A stretch of 64,000 bases of DNA from Monocercomonoides exilis PA203 (taxonomy: Eukaryota; Protista; Preaxostyla). Positions 50,047 to 63,008 of this stretch are shown here, in pieces (within the stretch, counting starts at the first letter, position 1; every line of letters starts with the position of its first letter). The stretch covers positions 1-64,000 of the forward strand of contig LSRY02000010.1 in NCBI GenBank assembly GCA_001643675.2, written 5' to 3'. The translations under genes and the position numbers were made by a program. The notes below the pieces were generated by a model that worked only from the letters and a program-made list of their open reading frames with translations, was not told the origin of the DNA and searched no databases.

Positions 50047-51512
50047 TTATAGATAAACCATATAACCTGAATAATTCTGTTTAATCTCATATTCTTGAAA
50101 AGATGTGTTCTCCCTAGTCTGAATGAAACTGTTCAAACTGATGATGCAATTTTCATATCCTTCTTCTTCCAGCTTTTCAAATAATTCCTTTTTTGTTGAT
50201 TTTCTTTTTGATTCTTTCATTTCATCTACTTCCTTTTCTTTCAATCTACTTGAAATCGAATGAAAAAATTTCAAGTTTTCATGTACTATTTCGTAATTCA
50301 AAGTTGATTGGTTTATTTCATTCAAAACAGCATCAATAACTTTGCCTTTCAAAAGCTCTTCAGCTTTTGCGAATTCACTTTCAGCTGCTTCTCGAAATAA
50401 GCAAATGCATTTTTCGCTTATTTCGTTGTGATCTTCCTTTGCCGCAAGAAGCACTTGAACAACACTTCCAAAAAGTCCAGCAAATTCTTCATTCCTAAGT
50501 TGGCATGAGGCCAAAAAATAGCAAATAACATCGAGCCATCTTCTAATAATAGGTAGTTCTTTCGCTTCTTTTTCCCTTTTTCCCTCTTCTTTTCTCTTCC
50601 AATCAACGCATTTCACCAGTTCTTTAAGTTCTCTAGTTGCTTCTCTCGCAAAATGCAGCTCATTCACAACAATTTCTTCTAATTCGAAATCATAATAATA
50701 TCTGTCCATAAAAAATTCCCAAGCGGATTGATATGCAAGTCGTGTCAGATTCTGATGCGCATGGTGATATTTGATTATCTCCTCTATCTCATTCAAAAAG
50801 ATTCCTTGCTCCATTTTCTATTTTTGAATGAAAATTTTTACGAAAAATAATTTTTGAAAAAATGTTCAAAATAAGAAAATAATATATCCGACTGCCAAAT
50901 ATTGCTCAAAGCCAGCAAGACCATTTCCACATCTTTTTGAGCTTCCTCGCTTTCCTCTTTGTTCAAAGCAGCTTTCAGAAGATAATAAATGCAAATTGAA
51001 AGCAATTCTGATGACAATAAGTTTTTCAGCGAAAGATAGGATTCGCAAAGTCCAACAAGAAGATTTTCGTTTTTCTCTTCTTTTTTCTTTTCTTCTTCAA
51101 GAATCATCCTCTCAAATCTTCTTCTCAATTCAGAATGATTAAAGCCACTGCTCCACATGTTTTTCAGCACATAGCAATATCCAACATACTTCGTCAGCAA
51201 AATTGAATTTTCTATCGTCAATTTGTTTTCTTCAATCATTTTGTCCATTTTGTTGAACAGCTCTGTTGTGAAAACATACAAGAATTCTTCTTTATTCATT
51301 CCATCAATTATTTCATTCATTTCACCGATTTTCTTTCTTTGTTCATCTTCATTGCAATGCTCTAGTAAAGAAAACAATTCTTCAATAAATTTATTAATTA
51401 CCGAAAGCGCTAAACATTCAAAAAATAGAAAAATTCACAAACTTGAAAACTTGTCTGTAAGGGATAGCTCCTGAACATCATCATTGGATTTATCTTCATC
51501 ACGTATTTCCAT
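50047..51512 (-). CDS. Paralog of 48132-49598, convergent orientation, 3 exons
   Basis: Exon 1 51512-51443 (QELSLTDKFS vs QEMNITKKFH). Intron 51442-51380 (GTTTG..AG) at the same position and phase. Second intron near 50890-50818. Confidence 0.8.
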
Positions 51513-53499
51513 TCAGCTTGTTGTGTGTTTTGATCAATTTGTACAAAACTTCAAGTATAAAACAGAATAACAATAACAACAAATATTTGTGATAATTGAT
51601 AAAATTAAATTATAATTGTCAAACTCAATTCCTTTGCCTTGTAAAAATCCGTGTTAAAAAATAAATCACAAAGAAGCCAACGGTACAGGTTATATTGATT
51701 CAAATACGAAAGAGTTTAATTTCTGTCTGATCGAACCAACAATAATTTATTCCAAGGATCAGGATTGAATTTCGATGAATAGTTGAACGAATTGAAAAAT
51801 ATCCCACATGTATGGAATTGAATATTTAAAAAAATCTGTTTCAACATTCAGAGTGGAACAAAGAAGGGGAAATTTTGTGCTTTTTTGAAGTTTACAAAAA
51901 AGTGACAAAAAAGCAACAATTTGCACATTAAACTGTGTATTTAAACATTATTGCAAATTAAAATCCAAACGTTTGAAGTTATTTTTTTGATGATTTCCTT
52001 TGGAGTTATTTGGAAGCTTTGAATCATCGAAATGATTTTTTCTGTTATTTCAAGGTGTTTGCGAGTTTCTGTGGATATCTCAAATTTAATGTGTTGAGAA
52101 AAGTTTTGAGATATCAGGATAATTTTGTTATTTGTTCGTTTCTTGAGTGGGTTATCCAGGCTGAAGGAAGATTGGGAGGGAATCAGGCTTTCAACAATTC
52201 GCAGTTTTTTTGATGATTGGGCAAATGATAATTGAACGCATAAGAGAATTTATCAAGGCAACAATGGACAGAATTGTTAATTGAGCATTGAAAGAGATTC
52301 TATTACAAAAGATTTTGAGGCTGAGAGAAGATGAACAAAGTCGAGATGGCGAAGAAAGATTAATGCAATATGCGGAACCACGCACATGCGGAATTTTGAA
52401 TTCATTTCAACACATTTATCGTTTGATGGTGATTTCCACTTGATGTGTGTTTGTCTGTAAAGACGCTTGTTACGTTTTTTTTTTTTTTTTTTTTTTTTTT
52501 TTTGAAAAATCATCATTTTGGGTTGTTTTGATAATTGTTGTTGATTCGCCAATTTAAGCATGGATTTCGAGACAAATACAGAAATTATACGAGCGATACA
52601 GAAGCAGTCCGACAAGACAGAACAGGCAACAATAAAAATGTTTTATCAAATTGAGGTGTGTAATCCAATTTATAAACAATTTTTCTTTTTTTATAAAAAT
52701 CAGACAGAAGGAAATCATTTAAAAATTTTTATAAATTACTCAAACTTTTTCGACAATGATAATTTCATGTTTTCTAATTTTTTTTTTCTCTTTTGGTGCG
52801 GAACAGATGTTATTTATCCTTCATTCAATTAAAGTAAATTGCTGGGAAGAAATGATAAAAGATAGGCTGTATAAGTCAAAGAGGTGAGAAGGTGAGCTTA
52901 TTAAAAAAAAAGTATTGTATCATTTTGGAATTTGTTTTTAAATTGGTTTTCTTTTTTTCTTTTTCTTTAAAGGTTTACTGACATATTTTGCAGACATAAA
53001 TAATTTTTCACTCAAAAGCTAATTCTGCATACAAATCCTCATCAACACTATTGGATCGTTCTCCAGTCACTTGCGAAGGCACTCACGTTCATTTTGCTTA
53101 TTTCCCTTATCTTCTGGTGGCATCTGCTTTTGAAAGTATTTGTCTTGTTTCCTTCAAGAAGACAGTTTAGTCGCTGGAACATCGCTGAATGACATTTCGT
53201 CGATGTAGAACAGCATCTGAATGGAGAAAACTGTTATCAACAGAATGAAGATACTGCTGTAGTCAGCTTGGAATTCTGATGAACGTTTGAAGGGGAAGAG
53301 AGAGAATGGGAAGAAGGCGGAAGAGGAGGAAGAGGAAGATGAAGAAACAAGAGGAAGAAGAAGAAATAAGAAGAAGATAGAAGTAGAAGAAAGATGGAAG
53401 AGAAAGAAGAGAAGAAGGAAGGAAAAAGAAAAAGGGAAATGTTGGAAGATAATTATGATAACAATTGTGAAAAGAAGATTGAAGAAACAAATGATATTA

Positions 53500-55200
53500 C
53501 TTCTCCATCATCATCATCAACCACGCCTTTTTCGTCTTCTTCATCTTCTTCACCTTCTTCAATTCTTCTTCGTTTTCACCTTCTTCACTTTCTTCTTCGT
53601 CATTATCTTCTTCTTCTCCTTTTCCAACTTTTTTGACGATTCCACCAATTTCGAATTGCATCAGACCATCGACCTTCTGATGCATTTAAGCTGGGCAATC
53701 AGTAGCTCCGTGAAATTGAACGAAAAATAACTTTCTTCACATTTCTTCCTCTCAACGACTGTTCACCAAATGCGCAGATAATTCTTCTTTTCATTCACGA
53801 TTCTCATGATGAAATGCCATCTGTACAAAATCTGTCTTTTCATTCTATTTGTCTTTTTCTTCTTCAACACCTTCTTCGATGAACGACAAAAATGTTATAA
53901 TTTTCTTCTGATGCAACTCCTATGGAATTCATCTCCAAGTCTCATCATCCATGTCAATTTGGAAACACAAAAAGAATTATTCATTCTATCACAGAATATC
54001 AGCCAGGCCTAACACAGCAAAGAAATGGGCAATTTTTATCTTTCAAAATAGGAGCAGTTGGTTCGCATTCAAAAGGGAGGACGATTTTTCCTTTTTCATT
54101 TGGGAAAGGAAACAAGTTCAGATGAAAAGAACAAATCATTGAAGCAATTCTTGAACGGAATAAATGATCATGATGATGTTCTTTGACAGATTTATTAACA
54201 GCTTGATTTTTCAACGGGATATGGAAGATGAACTGATGAAAGAAAGTGATTCCGAGGAAGGATATGCCCAAATGAAAATTCTATGAAACATCCGAGTTTA
54301 CAGCAGACATGTGATGAAAATTTCATCAAATGCACAAATGAGATATTTTCTTCAATTTTGTGTGTCATCTCCACAACTTTCTTCGCTTTTCCCATGACAG
54401 GCATAAACCTACCAACAAATCAATTTATGAAAGGATTTCTGCATTATGATCTGCACCTTCTTCAGAAGCCCCGTCGCATTGTGCGCATTCTTGTAGGGAG
54501 TCTTTGCCAACTCGCAATACATTGCTTTGATGCCAAGATGTCCATCCACGCATTCGTTGTCAGCTGTATGCCCGTCAAAAAATATAAACAAATCGACATT
54601 CCAATCACCGAATGCCTCTGTTCTGTCATGCCCAACAGCCGAGTTGTCTTTCTGAGTGATGCTTGTCATGAAGGCAAACAAGGGCTCTTTCACAGAAGCA
54701 ACAAGGGACTCACACACAAAATACACATCTCTTCCGACACTCGCCTTGTTTGCTGAAAACATCACATTTGCCATGGAAAAAGATGATTCCGACACTTCTG
54801 AATCATCCTTGTCCTCGACCATGAGAGCACCATCTCTTCCTCCAGAACTTGTATCCTCACTCACAGAGCAGCTGGAGAAGATGGTGTAACTCACTGAAAA
54901 GGAGTTGGCAGAGACGGATGAGGCGAATGAGATGCACCCGCCATCTGTTGCAGTTTGTTGGTGTTGTGGAGCTGAGTCGATGTTGGTGATGGTGCAGTTG
55001 GCGAGGGAGAGGGAGAGGGCAGGGGAGGTGGCAGAGGAGAGGACACAGCTGGCAGGGTTGGCTGTGGAGGTGATGTGAATGATGTTGGAGGAGTTGAGGG
55101 TGAGGGGGTTTGTGAGAGAGGCGAGGTGGAAGATGCTTTGACTGCTGAGGGTGAGTTTTGTGATTGCTGTGTGGTTGACGGTGAGAGAAAGCTAGCCTTG
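53500..55200 (-). pseudogene. Decayed member of the beta-helix surface-protein family
   Basis: Fragment GGRDGALMV..ANVMFSANKASVGRDVYFVC..VDLFIFF..VDGHLGIKAMYCELAKTPY parallels modules in the 41524-45627 protein. Multiple stops and frameshifts. Confidence 0.6.
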
Positions 55201-55856
55201 AAAAAAAGAAATGCAAATAATAAGAATGATGAGAAAGAAAAAAGAAAGAAAGCAATAATAGCAAAGCCAATAAATTCTATATGTATTTTTGGAGCGATTA
55301 AAGATGTATAATAAATAAAAGTGTGATAGAAAATATTTTGAGTATTACAGGGAAATGAAATGGAACTGGGGATAAATAAAGAAGGGGGAACATCGTCTGA
55401 TACGGAAAATAGAGAGAGAAATGATATGATTGAATCATTTGTTCTAAACGTAATTCACCTGTCTGTTTTTATACACCCTTTTCCAAATGTTGTAAAGAGT
55501 CACAAAAGGAATTGAGTTTTATTAATACTGCATCAGTTGAATGAATCAAAGAATATATGTGGAGCAAATTTTTTCCAACTATGAAAAATACTGAAATTTG
55601 TTCCTTACTTTTTCTTTAAATATATCATCATAAATCTTCCATTACAATGCAAAAAATGCAGAATTATAAAAAAAATGAGAAAAATACTTGAAGACAACAT
55701 GTTGAACAAAATTCTTAAAGTTAAATAATCCTCATAAAATGAGAAATTATAAATTCATAATAATAAATACTTCTTTGAAATAAAGAATCTTGTGTACAAA
55801 ATATTTAATATTGCAAACGCACTTATTCTTCATTTTTGAACGAAAAAACTATTGTT

Positions 55857-55902
<46 letters not shown>

Positions 55903-56550
55903 GAATTTTTTTGCTTCATAAATATTTTTCCATACAAATTTTTATTAAAAAATTTTTTATTAATTATTTCGTTTTTATAATTATTTTTTTTAATAAAAGA
56001 GAATGAAAGACAGGTTATGAAAAGATATGGGGCAAAATATTATGCTCTTTGAATTTTGTTCCACTTAATATTTTCTGAAATTTTTCTCAATTAAAGATTT
56101 TTTCTTTTTTTTTTTGCATTATTACGGTTGACATATAATGACATGATTGCAACCAAGCTTTTAAATAAATCTTGGTTTTTTTCAAATTTGCTCAAATTTT
56201 GCCCAATATTAGAATATGTTTGGATCAAACAGTTTTTTTTTTTATAAAAATCAAAAATATTGTGGCAATTGCTGAAATCCGTATTTTCCTTAAACATTCG
56301 TTTAATTTCAACGAAATCATGAACTTTATTAATGAACAAATTATTTTTTTGGAGAAATTGATATTTAAACTTATGAATGTTATCACTCATAATATTTTGA
56401 GATAATAAAGATAATATGAAATTTTTTTAATCAGTTGGTTGTTCCATTTTTTATTTATTAGTATTCTTATTGAATATCAAAAAAAGTTAACGAGTATCTT
56501 GATAAAAAAGTATTTTTTTTAAATCCATGGTTAGAACATTGAATCCACTT

Positions 56551-56809
56551 GGGTGATTATTTTTGAAATCATATCTTTTTTCGGGGTGTAAATTTTTCAA
56601 AGATTGATAGTTTACGAAAGAAAATACTAATTCAAAAGAGAAAAAGCATTATAATTTTTTTTTTTTAAACAAATGGTTTTTCCGAATCAAAGATTAATAT
56701 GCATTCAATAAACCTTTTCACTTTTCAATGTTCATTAGATAATATTCAAGATCATTTTTTTTAACCGAAAATTTTGTTTGAGAAAATATGATTTCAAAAA
56801 TAATAACCC
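56551..56809. mobile_element. MITE, 259 bp, GGGTGATT-terminus family
   Basis: GGGTGATTATTTTTGAAATCATAT ... ATATGATTTCAAAAATAATAACCC (23/24 inverted match). Flanks are ACTT and ATAT. Confidence 0.75.
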
Positions 56810-57967
56810 ATATCTTGAATACTATTCACATTTTTTATTTTGATTCTCACCATATGCGCACATCAATTTCATCAGTTAATTTTTTTTTCATCTCATCCAA
56901 AAATGCAATTGATATTGATAATCGTTTCACAATCCATTCATGAAGTGCAACTACAGAATTCGATAATTTTTCGATGAATTTCCAAGAGCGAACCGATTAG
57001 AGTTAACATCAACTCTTTCCACAGCAAGAGAATGATCGACAAAAATATCTCAAGATCAATTTTTTGATTATTATAGTATGCGAATTTTTGTTCAAGTGCG
57101 GGCTATTCACTTAAATATCAAATCTTTTGTTTTTGAATATTGTCCGTTTTATAATTTTGAATGACCTCATCAAATATTTGTGTGTTCCTTTTTCAGTTAA
57201 CAAAGCCAACTTTTCATGGAAAATTGGATATAAATGTGTTTTTCTAGAATAACAAATTAAAATGAAATCTTTGCTAGACTATTTGATCGAAGGTGAATAT
57301 TTTCGTATTCAAAAGTGATAGAAATTTTCATCTCCAGGAAATTCCATTTTCAATAATATGCCGCTGCTCTGATGAATAAAATGGGTATTAAATCAAAAAC
57401 GAATTAAAAAATCGAAAATAATTGTTTCTTGAAAAAAGTGACAAAAATAAATTATTATCTCAACGATCTAATGAACAAAACACATAATTTTTTATAAACA
57501 AAGTTTTTTTGTCTTCACAACAAAGTCGTAAACACGACATTAATTTTCAATTTTGGATTGTTAAATTATCTCTGTTGATCATTTTCATGAAATAAATAAA
57601 TCGCTAGTCATAATAAAGATTCTATTTTTCAATTCAATGAATAACTATTTCATTTTAAAAAATTCGAAATATTATCTAAGAAGAAGTTCCTCATTTTAAT
57701 CACACATTGAAATCTCAAAAAAAACACCAGGAATTACTCTTCTATCAAAAAAAAAAATAAAAAATGAAAAAATGTTTCCAAGGTGAATTTACAAAAATGT
57801 TTGTGACAAAAACAAAAGGGTAAAATATCTTTTAAAAACACACATCAAAAACTTTCAAAAAACAACTGGCTTTTTTCCATTCAATTATTTTCCTTCACAT
57901 ATTCGTAATGAAAAAGATTATCATATTTTATCTTAGCATGTTTCTCAGAAAAACTTGTTGCACAAAT

Positions 57968-58049
57968 GCACTGATGGCCGAGTGGTTAAGGCGACAGACT
58001 TGAAATCTGTTGGGTTTATCCCGCGTAGGTTCAAATCCTGCTCAGTGCG
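57968..58049 (+). tRNA. tRNA-Ser (anticodon UGA)
   Basis: Acceptor stem GCACTGA/TCAGTGC plus discriminator G. D arm TGGCCGAGTGGTTAAGGC. Anticodon stem ACAGA-CTTGAAA-TCTGT. Long variable arm and T loop GGTTCAAATCC. Confidence 0.97.
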
Positions 58050-58056
58050 TTTTTTT
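58050..58056 (+). terminator. RNA polymerase III oligo(T) terminator
   Basis: T run immediately 3' of the tRNA. Confidence 0.75.
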
Positions 58057-58172
58057 GTATTTTTAAGTTTTAAGAAAAAATTTTAAACAGAAAAAAAATT
58101 TATTTCCCCAACAATTTCAATTATCACTTTTTCAATAATAACCAATGCAATTTTTAATGAATATTTTTAAGG

Positions 58173-58945
58173 TTATGTCGACAATGCCTTTTGAAATGTT
58201 TTAAAAAGTTTTTCAGGAGAGGCTGCTCCACTTATAACAAATTTTCTAATTAGAAAAAAAATGTTTAGTTTTTTTAATGATTCGGAAATTTCAAAAAGAA
58301 TATCAAACTTATTGATTGTAAAATTAGGGACGCCATGGATATCTTTTTCTTGGGCCATTTGGATTGTTTGGCGTTCGTACTGCTTTCGATGATCTCTATC
58401 ATTGAGCATTTCTCGAATATCCTCCTCTTTCAAGCCAATCTTAACTCCCTCCGAAATAATGTTATCATGCGACATAATATCCATTCTCTGAGAATAGTAT
58501 CCTTTCATTAAAGCTGAATGGAGATCACAATGCGCTCTCCATCCAAGTTTTTCCAATGCTAGATCGCAAACACGATGTGCATCAACAGTGTTAGCAAATG
58601 TAGGGCAATAGTGCTTTATGTCTATTCCTTCTTCTTCAACTTCATCAGCCATTGAAGTGTACCAATAAGGATTTGACGATCCTAAAAGACCAAAGCATTC
58701 GGGGAAAAAAATCTAAAAACAAAATAATATTTTAATAATAAAATACCCCATTTATTTTTCATATGTTGCGCCCAGGGTATACCTCTTTCTGGAATGCTAT
58801 AAAGCAAAAATGGATGCCAAATAACTTGATAATCAATATCGCTTGGTAGCTTTGCAAGAGCAGCATCAAGTCTCTGCCGTCCAACTTCGCACCATGGACA
58901 ATTAAAATCACTTATAATATCAATAGTTAATCTTGGAACAGTCAT
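58173..58945 (-). CDS. DsbA-family (FrnE-like) thiol-disulfide oxidoreductase, 3 exons
   Basis: IDIISDFNCPWCEVGRQRL, WHPFLL, NTVDAHR and cis-Pro motif IHGVPNFTIN-KKFVISGA. Introns 58746-58682 (GTATT..TAG) and 58308-58246 (GTTTG..CTAATTAG) restore a continuous frame. Confidence 0.9.
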
Positions 58946-59325
58946 TATTCAACAAAAAAATGAAGTCTATTGATCAATATCCATAAAATAATTTGTGGAA
59001 TCAGTGGCATTCATTCCACATCAATCAAGCACAAAAATATTCGCTAATAGATGACTTTGTTGCCAAAATCATTTATTTCAATTGTCCAACCAACCAACCT
59101 ATCAATCAATCAAAAAAAAAAATTCGAATTTTAACTTTTCAAATACTTTGTTTTCAAAAAAGAAAGAAATTTTCACATGAAAATAAATAAATAAATAAAT
59201 TCTTTTAATTGTCGTTAAATGTGATATAACATTTAGAAATTTAAAAGCTAAAATCTTATTCAATAGAAACATTTACATAATTTGTTGAACTCTGTTTTTT
59301 TTTTTGTTTTTTGTTTTTTCATTTA

Positions 59326-62300
59326 TTAACTTTTTTTATTGTAATTAATTAACACTTTAGCTGATTTCAAGCACACATCAAATGCCCAATCAGCTAACTT
59401 TTTATCTTGCCTTGCCATGAATATGAATTCATTCGGAAGATGATGGAATTCAATAGAATATGATGATGTTTCTTCAGAAGCCTTTGATGTCAGCTCCACA
59501 AAATCTATGCTGTCAAACTTAAGAGAAAGATCATTTTCATCATCCCTCAAAAATTCAATTCTTAAATCATTTGCATCTGGTGGAGGAGGAATTATCATAT
59601 ACGTGAGAAGAGATGATGGATGCAATGGATCGATGTTACCAAAGTCAGAGAGAGAAACCGAAGAAAAGAACTCAGAAAAGAAACGAGAAAGCTCCGATGT
59701 GCAACTTAAGGGCGGAGGAGGCAGTGAAAAATAAATCGACGAAAAAGTAGTTTTGAATGCAGAAATAAGAGTGTGGAGATGAGCTAGCAACAAAGTTGAC
59801 GAAACTAGGGAAAGAACACAATGATTGTGTGAGTAGAGCATAATCCTGTGGATGAAATAGATGCCTGTGTAAAATACATCAAGGTATGGAATTCTGCCAT
59901 TCGGAAATAACATGAGAGATATTAAACGATTACAAGAACAAAATGGAAAAGATTACAGAAGTCATTGAAAATTGTAAAAATAATGATAATTGAAGTTCAC
60001 TTGAATAAATCTTGTAATTGAAGAAAAATGCAAACCTGGTGTAAGAAATAAGACTGTTAACAAATCCTTCAGCAATTGCAATTTCGCATAACCCTGTAAA
60101 CATATTAATATTTTTATTAAATAAATAAATAAACAATAAAGTTGAAGGAGTTATTCAAAAAGATAGCAGTCAAATGAATGGATGAATAAGCTTGTCATAC
60201 TCTCATCTGCAGTGATAATCTCGAAAAAGAAACGTAAATCTTTGACTGGGTTGAACGATAGAGATGAAAACGAGACGCATTGTCTGATGATTGCATTCCA
60301 TTCAACACCCAAATTAAGTGTCACAGCTTCTTCTTCATCTTTTTCGATCTCTATACCACTTTCTGTTTGATCTGTTATTTGTGTGATTTCTCCATTTTCG
60401 CTTTTCAATGTGTTTGCAATTGTCGGATATGAGACAGAAGACAGCGTTTGTGAACCGCTCAATTTCAAAAGCTGGCGAATGCGTTCCTTTTCTGCAATGA
60501 AGTGATACAAATACTGTGAAACAAAAGAAATGTTCATGTAGATTGGAGTTGCCGTGGGGAAAGAAGGAAAGAATGAAAAAAAAGAAGCTGATGAAATGAA
60601 CGGAGGATCTGTTTTCAAAAATACTGAAAATTTTGGCAGGACGGGTGTGTGATTGGCAAGGAGTGAAGTGGGATTCAGAAAATCAGATGTGAAAATATCA
60701 TTGTAAGCAAAAGAATGTTCATTGAATGAAGGAGCCAGCCTTTGAGGTGACTCTGTTGAAGATGAAGTTGAGTCACTGGCAGGAACAGAAGGAGAGGAAG
60801 AAGGAGAAGAAGAAGAGAAGAAAGAAGGAGGATATTTTGAGTGCTGATCAGAAAAAGAAGAGATGCCCTTAACAGTTGCTGACAGAGGTTGTGGTGATGG
60901 CAACCCAGTTGCTTCTGACGTAAAAGGCAAAGAAGAAGAAGAAGAAGAGCTGAAGTGCAATTTCTTTGATATGAACGAAGTATTTTCATAATTTCTTTCA
61001 AAAATGCTTTGAAGCAAGCTTATAAGTAACTTGCTTTCTTGATCTGCACTTGTGGATCTCTCCGCGTCTTTCCATATACTCGTCTCAATTGCTTCACAAA
61101 CAGAAGACGAATCGCATGAATAAGATGAAGCAAATTCTCTTTGAATGTATAATTTGAGTTCTTTGGTTAATAAAATCTTTCGTAGATGCTCGAAAATGAA
61201 ACGAAAAATGCCAAGTTCTTGACGGGTGAATGACGACAAAGGCAATAAACCTTTTGTCGAATCCAAATTTATCGCTTTTGAAGAAGTGGAAGTCAATTTT
61301 CCTAGTGTTTTGTTTCGAAATGCTGCAAACTTGTTTATTCTTTGAAGCGAATGAGCAGCTAAAACAGATTCTGAATTGCGATATTTCATTTTGTCTTTCA
61401 TCTCAAACATTTCCATTCTTCGGCTTGCTTCATATTCCTCGTCTCTCCAAAACAAACAATCGCTCAAACTGAATGGCTTTTCACCTCCTTCGCTATCGTT
61501 ATCTTTTATTGTATAGTCATCATTTGCCTTTTCAGATTGCCGAAAAGAATTTTTGTTGAGTTCACTTTTGTTGTCAATTCGGCAAGTTCTCTTCTCTTCC
61601 GGTGCTTCCTTCAGCAACTCATCCAACTCAAACTCTGCTTTTCTTAAAAATTCTTCTTCACTTTCATTTTCTTCTTTGGAAAAGTCAAAATCATTCAGCG
61701 CATCTGCATCCTTTACCAAATAGTTCAGACATTTTTCCAAATCTTCAAATTTCTTTGACAATTGAAATTCTTCATCATCAGGTGAATTTTCTTCCAACCC
61801 ATCTGTTTCTATTTTAGTTGCTTCTTTTTTCATCGTGTTCTTCGTTTCATCCTTTTTGCTTTGTAGCAACTCCAAAAGAGGACAAAGTTCATTTCTTAAT
61901 AAACTCTCTTCTTTACTTTTTGCAGAGTACAGATCAGTCATTTCTTCGCTTTTTCTTCTATTTCTGCTTCCCTTTTCCACTTCCACTTCCTCTTTTTCAG
62001 CAATTCCTATAATTATAGAAAACAGATGTACTATTCGAGGTAGAATGCAATTGTAAATTTTCCTTTGAAGATGAGCAGTTAGTTCTATCTGAAGATAAAA
62101 TAGTTTCAGAAATAAATAGCTGAGAAATGGAATAAAAGGAATAAATGTGGAGAGCACTGACTCAACAGTTCGCGGAATTCCGTTTTGGAGAGGAAGAAAA
62201 CTGAACGGTATTTCGCCTGAAATAAAACGAGGGTCAAATAATTGATAAGTTGAATCGTCTGAAGAGAATGCATTTCCATCCGTTTTTGAGTCTCCGCTTC

Positions 62301-62709
62301 CATTTTCATCATCATTTTCTGTCGTATGTGATCTTTCCTTGTTTATCAGATTCGACATGCTGACATCTTCGTGACTGTGAATCAGCATCCTCTCAATTTC
62401 TTGCATTGATAAATTCAGAATTTCCAGAAGGCTGTTCAGTCGATTATGTGTATCATCATTACCTGACTCATCTTTCTCTTCTTCTTTTTTTCCCTGAAAA
62501 AGAGACACTTTCAGTGCACATGGCTCTCTTTCCAAGAGATCTATTGCTTTTTGTACAACATATGGAAGAAAAATATAAACGACAGTGTCGCAAAATAATG
62601 GAGCAGCCAAATCAATTTGAGCATTAACATTGAATGACACATCAGAATAATGCTCGGCGATCGCGCTGCAAAATGTCATATCCAATTTCTTAAGATATGC
62701 TCTTTCCAT
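59326..62709 (-). CDS. Large multi-exon protein of unknown function
   Basis: 852-aa ORF 60151-62709 followed by ORFs 59930-60136 and 59326-59913, separated by short AT-rich intron-like gaps. Confidence 0.7.
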
Positions 62710-63008
62710 AAAAATGTCAAAAAGAAAAAAAAAAAAATCAAAATGTCAGAGGAGAATCATCAATCAATAAGAATAAAAAATATTTTCTTAAAAAAAAAAA
62801 AAAAAAAAAAGAATTGTTTGATAGCAACATAACAACAGGAACAAACAAGCAATAAAGCATATGTAATATAAAAGATGATGAGAGAGACAGAGACACACAT
62901 TTGCAAATCTAATAATAATGGAATCAATTGGAAAGCGTGAAACATAGAACTTTTTCCTTGTACAACGTATTGAAAATAGAAAAGCAAAGTTTTGCGGAAA
63001 AAAGATAA

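Noticed and set aside
52200-52900. KDZ/Zisupton-like transposase remnant (HLSFDGDFHL resembles DGNF.L)
   Set aside because: One short motif in heavily interrupted frames. The other expected motifs could not be placed convincingly.
45919-55900. Poly(A)/poly(T) tracts as retroelement tails
   Set aside because: No adjacent reverse transcriptase or SINE body and no TSD seen. Long homopolymers are common in the intergenic DNA here.
57968-58049. Suppressor or selenocysteine tRNA explaining the in-frame stops
   Set aside because: Anticodon 5'-UGA-3' reads the Ser codon UCA. A suppressor would need UUA, CUA or UCA. The structure is an ordinary 7-bp-acceptor tRNA-Ser.
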